DNA of 64,000 nucleotides, taken from the NCBI GenBank assembly GCA_043228905.1, contig JBHGNT010000012.1, positions 9,176,001 through 9,240,000 on the forward strand, given 5' to 3'. Shown here piece by piece: positions 49,901 through 62,957 of this stretch. The notes below the pieces were generated by a model. The model was not told the origin of the DNA, did not search any database, and saw only the letters and a list, made by a program, of their open reading frames with translations. This DNA is from Azolla caroliniana. Its lineage: Eukaryota > Plantae > Polypodiophyta. The position numbers and the translations under genes are program-made. How positions within the stretch are numbered: position 1 is the stretch's first letter; the number at the start of each line of letters is the position of its first letter.

Positions 49901-50615
49901 TACTGAATATCCGAAGGTGTCTCAAATTCAGCTTCCGCCCGAAAGACAGCTCATGTGATGACAACATGTCCCCGATCCGGTTTTGGATGTAGACGGTCAT
50001 CCGAACCACCTCAACCCATTAGAATTTGGGCATGCTCTTCTCCTCCAGCATTGCCCTTACTGCTTCGACAATCGACTGGTTCTTTCTTTCGGACACACCG
50101 TTTTGTTCGAGTGGATATCAGGTGTTGAATTCTCTCCGAATTCCTTTTTGATGCAGATAACTGTTGAAATGGCCGGAAAAGTATGCTTTTCCGCCACCCG
50201 ACCGCAAGCACTTTCTCTTCCTCTCCATTTCCCTTTCAACTAAGCTTTGGAGGTTTCGGAAGCAGTCGAAGACTTCACTTTTCTTCTTGATGAGGTAGAT
50301 CCATGTGTGCCAGATGTAGTCGTTGATGAAGGAGACAAAATACCGACTCCCTCCAAGACTAACATTCTGGAATATACATTAATTTCCTATAATAAAATGT
50401 AAATGAAAATAATATTCTAAGTATTACAATAGATGATATAATGGTCAAGAGCTAGACCCATATAAGCTAAGGTCATGGGTTCGAGTCTTGCCATATCATG
50501 ACACTATCCCCCCTTTAAAATGACGAGTGTCACGAGTCGTTTTGGATGGAGGACCCGGTTTGTGTGGATATTGACGATGGAAGTTTTCAAGAAGCGCACA
50601 AGCATTGGTCAGATT

Positions 50616-53600
50616 TGTTAGGAAACAGATCCCTCCGGATGGGATAGGAGTACCCGGCAACAGAAGACCCAGTGAGAGCCAGATGTGGAGTACCTGGTGC
50701 GAACCGGATGACGAGTGCCCAGCAAGAGCCGGATAGTGAAGGCCCGGTGAGAACCGGATGACGAGTGCCCGACAAGAGCCGGATGATGCAGGCCTGGTGA
50801 GGAGTGCTCACCGGATGAAGGGACATATTCGTAGATATGTTTCTGAGAGTCCATTGGAGCTATATTTGTAAATAGCCGAAAAGTCATATTCGTATAAATA
50901 TGACTTAGGGCAAACTTAGTGAGTAGTAGTTGTCATTCTTGTTGGTGCAAGATTTGAGTGCAACCATGTACAGAGAGTGAGAGACGAAGAGGACATTGTC
51001 TCTGTTGTAACCGTCGCCTGTGGCGAAGACAGTGAACAAGAGGTCGTTGCCTCTGTGTTCATCTATTGTATATTATAACATAGTGATAGTTTGCAGTCTC
51101 TAGACTGCGGTGGTTTTTCCCGTGTTTGGGTTTTCCACGTAAACATCCTGTGTACTCTTCTCTTTACTGTATCGTGCGTACATTACCCGTTTTTCTGTGT
51201 TTGATCCTAGACTCGGTTATGGCCGAGCGTTGTCTTTCGGGAGCGTGTAGTCCTGTCAAAGTGGTATCAGAGCGAAACGACACTGAAAATGGACGATTCG
51301 TTGGGAGGCATGTTCAAGCTCACTGGCTCCAACTATTCAGTGTGGAAGTCGAAGATGAGGGACATGCTCGTGGTTAAAGATCTTTGGTTGCCGGTTCAGT
51401 TCGGGGACAAGAGACTAGACAAAATTGATGCCATGATATGGGAGGTAATGCACATGAAGACAACGGCGTACATATGGTGCTTCATCGACATGAGTTTATA
51501 CAACAACTTCAATGAAGAGAGCAAGGCTCATGAGCTCTGGGAGAAGATCGGCATTATGTTTCAGAACAAAAATGTAGTTAATCAAGTTTTGATATTTCGG
51601 AAGCAAGTAAGACCCTGGTACCAAGATGGCTCCAGTATGGCGGAGCACATGAATGCCTTCCAAGGGCTGATCCACCAGGCAACATCATTGGAAGCACCTC
51701 TCGCCGATGAGGTACTAGCACTACTCCTGCTCGGTTCCCTCCTAGATAGCTGGGAGACGTTGGTTGTCACTTTGGGCAACGCCGGGCCAGAAGGAAAATG
51801 GTTATCCCTAGCAAGAGTGAAGTCGAGCTTGCTAGATGAGGAGGCGCGTCGAAAAGATAAGGATACGAGCTCCGATTCCAAAGCGCTCCTTACCGAATCG
51901 GAACATGGAAGACAAAGGAATCGTAGTCCCCAAAACTGGGAGAAGTCGGGGACACGGTCAAAGTCAAGGGAGAGGCCTACCTACTTCTATTGCGGCAAGC
52001 CGGGACACTTCCAGAAAAACTGTCGGCATTTCCAAAAAGACAAGGAAACCGATGGTACCGATTCGAAGTAGATGCCGGACCGGAACGGTAAAGACCGGAG
52101 GGGGCCGGACCGGAAGGGAACAACGACAATCGTGGCAAGTGAAGGAGAGTTGATGCTCATCACCGAGGAGAGTGAGTTGAACCTTGCTGGCGACGAGATG
52201 ACCTGGGTGGTCGACTCCGGATCGTCATTCCACCTTACCCCGGACCGTAAATGCTTATCATCCTACAAAACCGGTGATCACGGCTATGTCCGGATGGGGA
52301 ATGAAGGTACATGCCGAATTGTCGGCATAGGAGACGTGTGGTTGACAACCCCAACCGGATGCAAGCTGCTACTGAAGGATGTCCAATACGTTCTGAAGGT
52401 TCGTCTGAACCTGATATCAGTCGATTAGCTAGATGATGAAGGCTACACAGGTAGCATCCGGAACGATGTCATGAAGTTCAACAAAGGGAGCCTGATTGTG
52501 GCTCAAGCCCGGAAGGTCAACACGTTGTACCTGATGAATGCTCGGTTATGCTTGGAGGAAGTGAACGTGGCATCCGACACTACCGGTGAGCTATGGCACA
52601 AAAGGTTGTGTCACATGAGCGAGAAGGGAATGAAGAGGCTTGCAGATGACAACCTCATTCCAGTGAAGAACGTGCACTTGGAGAAGTGCACTGATTGTCT
52701 GGCTGGTAAGCAAAACTGGACCTCCTTCCGACCAAGGCCACCGATGAGACGTAATGCACCACTAGAGTTGGTGCATACTGATGTATGTCAGGTGGACACG
52801 AAGTCACATGCAGGATCGCAGTACTTCGTGACGTTCATAGATAACCACAGTCGGAAGCTGTGGGCCACACCATTGAAGATGAAGGATCAGGTGCTATCCG
52901 TCTTCAAAGACCTCCACGCGAGAGTGGAAAGATAAATCGGCCGGAAGATGAAGGCGGTTCGAGCGGATAACGGAGGTGAATATCAGGGGCAATTCGAGGA
53001 GTATTGTCGCTCGAAGGGAATCCGGCTAGAATTTACCGTGCCGAAGAAGCCGGAATTAAACGGGTTGGCCGAGAGGATGAACCGGACCATAATGGAGAGG
53101 GTCCGGAGTATGCTGGCGCATGCAAAATTACCCAAGAAGTTTTGGGCTGAGGCACTATCGACGGCGACATATGTGATAAACAGATCACCCTCAGTACCCT
53201 TGGATGGAGACACGCCACAGAGAGTCTGGACCGGTAAGGAAGTGTCCTACCGGCATCTGATGGTATTCGGGTGTCTCGCGTACGTGCATGTTGCTAAGGA
53301 CCGGAGAGGAAAGTTGGATCCAAAGACCCGGCCATCCATATTCCTCGGATACAGCAATGATGAGTTCGGCTACCGAGTGTGGGATCCGGTTGACAAGAAG
53401 GTATTCCGGAGTCAAGATATTATCTTCATGGAGGACAAGACGCTCGTCCACTGGGAGTTGGAGAAGAAGATAATGAACTCTGAGTCAACCGGTAAGGATC
53501 GATTCTACGATGAGTAGACCCAACCGGCAAGAGACCGGTTAGCACTCGATGAACCAGACGATGACGGTAAGGAGACAAGACAGGCCGAAGAAGAAGGAAT

Positions 53601-56010
53601 AGGTGAAACCGGAACCGGCCAAGATCCTGAATCGGATTCGGATGAAGAATAAATAAAGGAGCCGGTTGCCGAAGGTCAAAGACGGAGATATCCTCTCAGA
53701 GAGAGAAGGGCCCACCGAAGATTTCCAGATGCAGAGCATGTGCTTCTGACCGATGAGGGGGAGCCAGAAAGCTTCGAAGAAGCGAAGGAAGACACCCATA
53801 GCCACAAATGGTTAAGTGCCATGCAGGATGAGATGGATTCCCTACATGAGAACCATACGTATGAATTGGTGGAGTTGCCGAAAGGAAAGCAGGCACTCCG
53901 AAACAAGTGGGTGTACAAGTTGAAACCGGGAGATGCCGACAACCCCCAGAGATACAAAGCCAAGATCGTGGTGAAGGGGTTCCAGTAGAAGAAGGGCGTG
54001 GACTTCGACGAGATATTTGCCCCGGTAGTAAAGATGACCTCCATCCGGACGGTGTTGAGTATAGCGGCAAGCATAGACCTCGAGGTAGAGCAGCTGGACG
54101 TGAAGACGACATTCCTTCACGGTGACCTCGAAGAGGAGATCTACATGCAGCAACCAGAAGGATTCGTGGAGAAAGGGAAGGAGCACCTGGTATGCCGGTT
54201 GAAGAAGAGCCTGTACGGACTGAAGCAGGCTCCCCAACAATGGTACCAGAAGTTTGACTCTTTCATGATCGATCAAGGGTACCACAAGACGCAAGCCGAT
54301 CACTGCATGTTTGTGAAGAAGTTCGAAGGAGGTGACTTCTTGATACTCCTTCTGTACGTGGACGACATGTTGATCGTCGGATGAGACCAAGCAAAATTCG
54401 GATGCTGAAGAAGGCTCTCAATTGAACTTTCGCAATGAAAGACTTGGGTCCGGCAAGAAAGATCCTGGGGATGTATATCATCCGGGACCGGCCAAAGAAG
54501 CAAGTGCGGTTGTCACAGGAGAAGTACGTCACAAAGGTGCTTCAGCGGTTCAACATGTCAGACGCGAAACCGGTCGGATCGACACTTTCGGCAAACTACA
54601 GATTATCCGGTAAACAAAGCCCGAAGACAAAAGCAGAGAAGGCGGATATGATGAAGGTGCCATATGCCTCTACCGTCGGGAGCTTAATGTACGCAATGGT
54701 GTGTACTCGACCAGATATTGGATACGCAGTCGAAGTGGTGAGCCGGTTTATGAGCAATCCCGGCAAGGAGCACTGGAACGCGGTCAAATGGATACTCCAG
54801 TACTGGAAGGGAACTTCAAATATGTGTCTCCGATTTGGCTACAGTAAAACTCAACTTGACGGTTTTACCGGTTCGGATATGTCGGCTGATGTGGATACCA
54901 GCCAGTCTACATCCATGTATGTAATGACATATGCAGGGGGAGTTGTTTCGTGGCAGTCGAGGCTGCAGAAGATGGTTGCGTTGTCAACCACGGAGGCGGA
55001 GTACATGGCGGATGTGGAAGCCGGCAAGGAAATATTATGGATGAAGGACTTCATCGGTGAGCTCGGTATCCGCCAAGATGAATACCAACTCTATTGCGAC
55101 AGTTAAAGTGCCATCCACCTTGCTAAGAACGCAACGTACCATTCCAGGATGAAGCACGTCCAACGTAGGTATCACTGGATCCGGGAGCGAGTAGAAGATT
55201 GAGAGTTCGCGCTGACGAAGATCCACACAGCCGAGAACGGGTCAGATATGCTGACCAAAGTACTGATACCCGACAAGCTAGATGCATGTCGGAAGCGGAT
55301 CGGACTAGTAAGACATCCCATCCCGGAGTGAAAGGTGAGTTTGTTAGGAAACAGATCCCTCCAGATGGGATAGGAGTACCCGGCAACGGAAGACCCGGTG
55401 AGAACCGGATGTGGAGTACCCGACAAGAGCCGGATGGTGAAGACCCGGTGAGAACCGGATGATGAGTGCCCAACAAGAGCCGGATAGTGAAGGCCCGGTG
55501 AGAACCGGATGACGAGTGCCCGACAAGAGCCGGATGATGCAGGCCCGGTGAGGAGTGCTCACCGGATGAAGGGACATATTCGTAAATATGTTTCTGAGAG
55601 TCCATTGGAGCTATATTTGTAAATAGCCGAAAAGTCATATTCGTATAAATATGACTTAGGGCAAACTTAGTGAGTAGTAGTTGTCATTCTTGTTAGTGCA
55701 AGATTTGAGTGCAACCATGTACAGAGAGTGAGAGGCGAAGAGGACGTTGTCTCTGTTGTAACCGCCGCCTGTGGCAAAGACAGTGAACAAAGAGGTCATT
55801 GCCTCTGTGTTCATCTATTGTATATTATAACATAGTGATAGTTTGCAGTCTCTAGACTGCCATGGTTTTTCCCGTGTTTGGGTTTTCCACGTAAACATCC
55901 TATGTACTCTTCTCTTTACTATGTTGTGCGTACATTACCCGTTTTTTTGTGGTTGATCCTAGACTCGGTTGTGGCCGAGTGTTGTCTTTTGGGAGCGTGG
56001 AGTCCTGTCA
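50616..56010 (+). mobile_element. Full-length Tnt1/Tork-like Copia element
   Basis: LTRs 50616-51258 and 55342-56010; TSD AGATT; PBS TGGTATCAGAGC at 51262-51273. Confidence 0.97.
51289..55331 (+). pseudogene. pol: Copia gag-pol polyprotein with stops/frameshifts
   Basis: Knuckle YCGKPGHFQKNC, WVVDSG protease, RADNGGEY integrase, LKKSLYGLKQAP and LLYVDD RT, LSTTEAEY RNase H. Confidence 0.93.
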
Positions 56011-59000
56011 AGATTCTCGATCAGTTCCCAAGTACGTTCGCTGGGACTATAGCCTAGCCAATCGACTAGATAGTAGAGCTTGTTGTGAACAATCTCGGAA
56101 TCAAGGATGGTGGCAACCTCGTACTGTCGTCCATCTTCAAGTTCGATCAGGGGTGTAGGTTGTATAATATGTCCTGGGATGGTGCTCTCGTGATAGGGTT
56201 CGAGGAGAGAACTATGAAACACCGGATGTATCCGAAGTTGAGGAGGTAGATTAAGAAGAAAAGCGACATCATTAATCTTTCCGATAATACGGAAAGGACC
56301 TAATCGCCGATAATCCAACTTCTCACATGGGCGAGTAGTCTTGATGTGTCGTCATAGCAGCCACACCCGATCTCCAATGTTAAAGCTAGATGGAAGTTGA
56401 TGACGATCTGCGTAGACCTTGTGTGTTTGTTGAGCTTGTTGGAGATGAGTAGATAAATCCGCTTGTATCTTGCATAACTGCTCCAAACGATCCTCCGCGC
56501 AAGTATTTGTGGACACCTCTAGGGTTTCAAGTACACTCCATAGAGGGTAACATCCTGTATAAGCATAAAATGGCGTAACTTTAGTCGATGCGTGGATAGA
56601 GTTATTATAGGCAAATTCGGCGAAGTGGAGAATATCTGCCCAGTTATCCTGTTGATAGCTAAGAAAGCACCGCAGTTACTGCTTCAGCATTTGATTTGTT
56701 CGTTCGTCTTGGCCGTCGGTTTGTAGGTGGTAGTCGGAGGAGAGGTTACAAGTGACCTTGAGCATTTTAAAAAGGTTCTTCCAGATATTTGACACGAACT
56801 GGGGTCCACGGTCGCTGACGATACTATCGGGATGTCCATGATGCCGACATACTTCACGGATGACAATTTCGGCAGTATCTTCACTGGAGATTTCCTTAGT
56901 ATATGGCAAGAAATGAGCCATCTTCGTATATCGATCTACCACTGTTAGAATCGCATTTAACCCCTTAGAGGCTGGAAGATCTGTGATGAAGTCTAGAGCA
57001 ATGGATTGCCATGGCTTGCTTGGAATTGGTAATGGTTCTAATAAACCATATGGATGATGCCTTGGCATTTTCGCTCTGCAGCATGTATCACAAGTCAGAA
57101 CAAAATCTTCAACAAATTGTCGCATAAGAGGCCACCAGAATGATCGTTGTACTAAATCTAATGTTTTAGTACTACCAAAACACCTAGCTATATATGTGTC
57201 ATGACAGTTTTGTACTACTCGAAGGCGGAAAGAACCCTTAGGAACATACAAAAGTTCTTTAAAGAAGAGTAATCCATCATGGTATTGGAAGTGTCGATAA
57301 TCCATACCTGGTGGTTGCGACTGTGAACACGACGCTCGAGAGGGATCAATTTGTGCTAGTATAGCTTGGGCGAAAGCATCTGTCTTCAGGTCCGCACGTA
57401 TGATATTGATAACGTGAGAATCCATGGGCATGCCAAAAACCTGTGTTGCTTGCAGTCGTGCAGGTCCCAAGATTACTTGCTTTTGGTTATCGAAAGCTGG
57501 CTCGCCAGGACGCAGTGTTAGATACGAATGCCGTGATAATGCATCTGCCTTCCCTTGGTGCTTCCCTGGACGATATGTAATTTTGAAGTCGAAACGCGTG
57601 AGGAAGTGGGCCCACCGAGCTTGACGTCGATTTAACACACGAGCATCCTGAAAGTAGGCAAGGTTTTTATGGTCACTGAATACGGTGACTTGATGAGAGG
57701 ATCCCTCTAAAAAATCCCTCCATTGGATAAATGAGTCCACTATTGCCAATAGCTCCTTATCATGAATTTCGTAGTTGATTTCGGCGGTGTCAAACTTGCG
57801 TGAGTGAAAAGCCACAGGATGTAGCTTCTCATCATTACCCCGTTGTGACAGAATGCTCCCCAATGCGAAATCCGATGCGTCAACTTCGATAATGAATGGT
57901 TTTTCCGGATCCACATGAGCTAGAATTGGAGCCGATGTAAATGCCTTTTTAAGACTCTCGAAAGCCATATCTGCTTCTTCAGACCAAACAAACGATTGTC
58001 CCTTCCTGGTAAGTTGTGTGACAGGCAGAACGAGCTTTGAGTAATCTTGTATAAACTTCCGGTAAAAATTGGCAAAGCCTTAAAAAGCCTTGCAAATCCC
58101 GCACCGAGCGTGGAGTCTGCCATTCTACCACTGTCTTGACCTTAGCTGGATCCATGGAGATGCCTTCTGATGAAATGATGTAGCCGAGAAATTCCACCTG
58201 GTTGCACCCGAAACTACATTTTTCTAGCTTTGCGTAAAGACCATGTTCTCGAAGTCGTTTTAGTACTAAGAGTACAGGAAAATCGTGCTCTTCTTCGGTC
58301 TTTGAATAAACCAGTAGATCATCCAAGTAGATGATCAGACACACATCCAAGAGATCTCGGAATATATCATTTTCCATGTGCTGGAAGACTGTTGGCGCAT
58401 TAGTGAGGCCGAACGGCATGACCGTATACTCGAAGTGCCCATATCTAGTGCGGAACGCGGTCTTCCATTCATCTCTTGGTTGGATCCGTATGAGGTTATA
58501 GCCCCCCCCCCCCCCCCGTAAGTCGATCTTTGTGAAGAACCTGGCACCATTGATCCGTTCTAAAAGACTTGAGATAAGGGGAAGTGCATACCTATTGCGG
58601 ATTGTAACTTTATTCAAGCCACGGTAATCTACCACCAGACGAAGTGAGCCATCCTTTTTCTTGACGAAGAAAATGGGTGCGTCGGCTAGAGATTTCGAAT
58701 ATCGAATGAATCCATTCTCCAAATTCTCCTCTATATAGGCTCGAAGTACTTCTAGTTCGGTTGGTGACAAATTGTAGATCGGTCCCCATGGTGGCCCTTT
58801 CCCCGGTTGTGAATCGATGGGGAAATCATATGGTCGATGGTGAGGAAGCATATTGGCTCGTACTTTATCGAATACATCGGCATAATGATGATACTTCTTT
58901 GGATGTTGAACGGTGGACTCCTCTTTAATGGTGTCAGAGGGTTTTAGTGATATTGTGAAGAGAAACATTTCTTCCTTACGTCCTTCTTCCCACAACTGAT

Positions 59001-61144
59001 GTAGTGAAATGGTGGCAATCTTCTGAGTAGATCCTTGGGTTTGTCGACACCGGATTTCTCTTGTTCTCCAATCTATGTCTAGGTTATGTAACTCGAACCA
59101 TGGTAATCCCAAAACGATGGGATGTTCTAGGACAATATTAACGGGTTCTGACTCTTCTATGATATTTCCGGAAGTAATGGGACGACCAGCAATGACGACT
59201 ACAGAGGCTAGACACGGGAGTTTTCTAAGAGATATCTGATGAGCTTGGGCAAAATTCCTATCCATAAAGCAAGAATTAGCTCCGGAGTCTAGAAGTGCTA
59301 AGACGTGTACTGGAGGGGTACTTTTAGTACTAACTGTTACTTGGGCTACGAACACATTGCTAACTTGCTTAGAGGGAATGGAACCACAAATGGGTTGCAT
59401 AGATCTAGGGCTGTCCAACCAAAAGGCTCCTATTTTGGTTGGACTTAGTCGTTTAACTCTTCTTCTAACTGATTAAGGACATCAAATTTGTTCGCTAGAT
59501 CTAGGCTATTAGTACTATTAGTACTATCAGATATCCCTACTGTAATAGGCTCAGCTTTAGTACAATTAGAACTAGCAACTATTTGGTTTACCTGTCTTCT
59601 TGGCCTATGGGGACAATTTATTGCAATGTGTCCTGGTCCACCGCAGTAGTGACATAGTCAATTTGTTCGGCGTCACTGATTTTCTTCTTCGAATAATGGC
59701 CCTCGATGACATGTAGTGTCAATCTCCATCGGAGTCGGAGTATTCACTAGAGGCGCATTATAAAACTCCCTCGGTAAAGGTTTTGCTACCATTGAGGCGT
59801 AGGTGGGCTCTGATCTTGCCCTCAGCATCTGTAGTTGTCGTTCCAAACGTCGCTCAAAGAGGCGGTTGTCATATCTCACTGCGCGACTGATTGCTTCTGT
59901 TAAGGACTTCGTTGACATTGTTGTGTAAACCATAACAAAATTGCTCCATCAACGGTTGATCATCCCAAGGGATGTCAGCGGCGAGTAGGCGGAAATCTGT
60001 AGTGTATGCGGAGGCTGGACGGTCTCCTTAGCATAATCGCCGGATTTTGTTGATTGCGGTCCTTATGCTATCAGTATCTCCAAAGCATGCTTTAAACTCA
60101 CCTATAAACTCTTCAAAGTTGTTGAGTAATGGAGACTCCTTTTCCAACAGTGGAGCGAACCATGCCAACGTTGAGCCACTTAACAACGTCCCTACTAAAC
60201 CCACTCGTGATGCATCGATAGGATATCGAGAAGGATGCATTTGAATAACTAAGTGTACCTGATTAAGGAACCGTCTAAACTACGATCGTGTTCCATCGAA
60301 CTTCGTGGGAAGGCCAATCTTGGGTTCCTTCTGAATCCCTTGTGTTCTAGGGCCTTGTTGTTGCATCGCTATGATGGTTGCTTCGAGTTGTTGGACGCGT
60401 AATGCAAGTTCTCCATGTTGTTGTTGCGTTTGCTGCTTTTCTAAGCAGATTTGTTGAAGATCCCCCAGCAACCGTTGATTTTCTTGTTCCAAAGCAAGGA
60501 ACTTCTCTTTCAAGCATTGAAACTCTGAGAAAACAGATTGATATTCCTGAGCGCTAACAGTGGCCATGGGATGAAAAGAAAAGAGGAATAAGAGATTAGT
60601 ATCAAGGCAGAGAGACAGAAAGGAAAATTGGTTCAAACTATCAGGAATAGTACTAAACAAAGAGAGGATTAGTACTAAATGTTATTGCTAGGGCCGACAA
60701 CAGCCTAACACAGGGTGTCCACTTAAGACACGTCACCAAAGGGTGGTACGGCAGAAGGACTTACGGCACAACTCTTACTTAGACCTTAATCGATTACTTA
60801 GCCATCCGTAATTAACACGCGTAAGATATAACAATGAATATAGAACGGTAATCAACACTGGAAGATTAAGACAATAAGCTTTATTAATTATCCGCTCCTG
60901 ATTACATTGTAACCGGGCCTTTATATAGGTCTCCGGTGCGAAATACAAAACGGTGCCAACCGGGCACCTTTACAGAATCATTCCGGATCCGGATCGGCAT
61001 ACCGATTCCGGTCCGTCCATCCACATCTTCTTATATAATAATATGTATATATTAAGACTACTAATTACAACAGTTCCCGAATAACTATTCCTTTCACACT
61101 CTGGTTTGGACCTCCTTAAGCCTTCTTTGCCGGCCGGTAACACA

Positions 61145-61184
61145 TGGCACGCCCGTGGGACAATATCTTGTACGTCGAACCCAC
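61145..61184 (+). promoter_or_regulatory. Bipartite tRNA-Arg-like binding site
   Basis: TGGCACGCCCGTGGGAC 2 nt after the LTR end, then a 13-nt spacer and TCGAACCCAC (complement of T-arm GTGGGTTCGA). Confidence 0.8.
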
Positions 61185-62192
61185 TATCCGGCCCTTTCAC
61201 GCTTCATCCAAAATGTCCAGAATGCTTTGCTCCAAAATTTCCAATGGCTCGTCGGGAATTTGTTGTTGCTCCTGTGGCTGTTACTGTTGTTCCGTTTGTG
61301 GTTGTGGCTGCTGCTCCGTTTGTCGCTCTGGCACCAGCGTTTCCGTCGTTGGTTCCTCCGTCGGAGTTGTCTGTAGATGACTGACCCTGGCCTGTTCCCC
61401 CTCCGGTCTTTGCACCGGCGACGGTTCCTCATCACTAAGGTTGACCGTTGCCGCCTTTCGCGCTTTTTCTTCCCGGAGCCGGGACCGCTCATAGCTTTCG
61501 AACTGGATTTGAGCCTCCATCCGATCATCGTCCAGTTGAGCTACGAGCTGCCGGACCTGCACCAATTGTTCATCCGCCAGGGCTGTGAAATCTTCCGCCA
61601 GCTCATCCCTGATGGTGGTGAAGTCCTCCGAGGTCAGCATATAGCAGTCGTCGCCCTCCTTTCGCCGGTTTTCAACGTCCGCCCTAAGAAATTGGAGTTC
61701 CGCCGTATTCTGCGCCCATTTTACCCACCAACACACAGAGTTGTCATCAATCAAGCTTTTGATCTTAGTGAGCCATGACCGGAGGATGCACTGGATCCGT
61801 TTGGCTCCCATCTGTGATTTATTTTCTGCGGCTTGTCGCTCCTCCTTCAATTGCTTGATGATCCGAACCGTGTCTGCCTCCTGCTCCCTATAATGCGACA
61901 ATTGAGTTTGATAGGTTGTTTGCAACCTCTGTAGTACCATTGTCGCTCTTTCCTTGTCTTCATGGTTCTGTTTGTGGAGCTCCATTCTGTCATTCGCCGC
62001 TTCCTCCAATAGCCCGGAACTTTCCGCTCATTCTTCGGCGAGTGCCGTTGTGACCCTATCAACCTCCTGCCGGAGCTCGGCCATCTGTTCCTGTTGTTGC
62101 TTATGCTCTGTCTCCAGCTGCTTGTAGTCCCGATGCAGATGATCGAAATCATCGGTCTTCTGCTTCAGTCGTTGGTTGATCTGACGGCGCGT

Positions 62193-62957
62193 TGTCGTAG
62201 TGTATTTCGTACACTACGTGAAAAACTTATAAAGTACCGATTTAATAAATATGAATAAATAGTAGAAAATATTAAAATATATATAACATGCATAGGGGCA
62301 GATTCGAACCTTGCACCTTCATGTTAATAATGTAATGTCTTACCATTACACTAGCATTTCATTAGTGTTCAAAAATAGATGTTCCACATAGAAAGCTTAG
62401 TTCACCTAGGATAAACTTTAGTCAAAAGAAAACGCATGCTAAAAGAAAAAGCTACGCATGCACATCTAGCGTGCATGAACGCTATAGTTGATAAAAAACG
62501 CACAAGTTAGAAAAAGCATGATCACTTTAGATAAAGCATATAGTCTATCTATAGGAAAAGCATGGAGTCTATAGTTAGAAAAAAAAAAGCATGGACTCCC
62601 TCATCACTACATAAGAATGGGGAGCACAATGTAATAGGTGTGTGAAATATTTGGAAATTGGATATATTTCCGAAAACACCAACCGATTAATATAATCGTG
62701 GGATTCACGAAAATAATATAATCTATACTTGTGGGATTCACAAGTTTCTTATATCTTTCTTTCAATCTAAATACATATTCTTATCTAAATATTGATTAAT
62801 TGAATACAATACACTCGTGGGATTCACGAAATTTCTATCTCTCTTTCTAATAATCTATTCATTACTAGCCTCATCTCATATTCTTCTTTCTCCTAGTTCA
62901 AAACCTCAGTGGTTCCCACCCGACTCACGCAATGATTCGGAGCCGAAAGGCACGACA
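62193..62957 (+). mobile_element. Solo LTR (family related to 29304-29923)
   Basis: TGTCGT...ACGACA termini; flanks GCGT/GCGC, and removing a 4-bp duplication restores the host frame (HAR-RQINQR); (C/T)GTGGGATTCAC x3. Confidence 0.88.
62294..62357 (-). promoter_or_regulatory. tRNA-like Pol III type-2 promoter (A box + B box) inside LTR
   Basis: Minus strand TAGTGTAATGGTAAG ... GGTTCGAATC with tRNA-like spacing. Confidence 0.75.

Larger units (their letters stand above)
33166..50366 (+). mobile_element. Ty1/Copia element E (relative of D), interrupted by 34235-48128 and partly inverted
   Basis: 5' LTR 33166-33579; decayed PBS TAATATCAGTGC; gag splits at ENHASGS and resumes near 48134; integrase segment 49218-50366 lies on the minus strand. 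Confidence 0.85.
50367..60679 (-). mobile_element. Tcn1-type Gypsy element G (same LTR family as C)
   Basis: Truncated 3' LTR 50367-50503 plus PPT; pol 56016-59460; gag ~59480-60567; 5' LTR starts at 60639 and is interrupted at 60680. Confidence 0.92.

Noticed and set aside
62294-62357. Functional tRNA genes in LTRs
   Set aside because: Anticodon and acceptor stems pair poorly; reported only as tRNA-like promoter cassettes.
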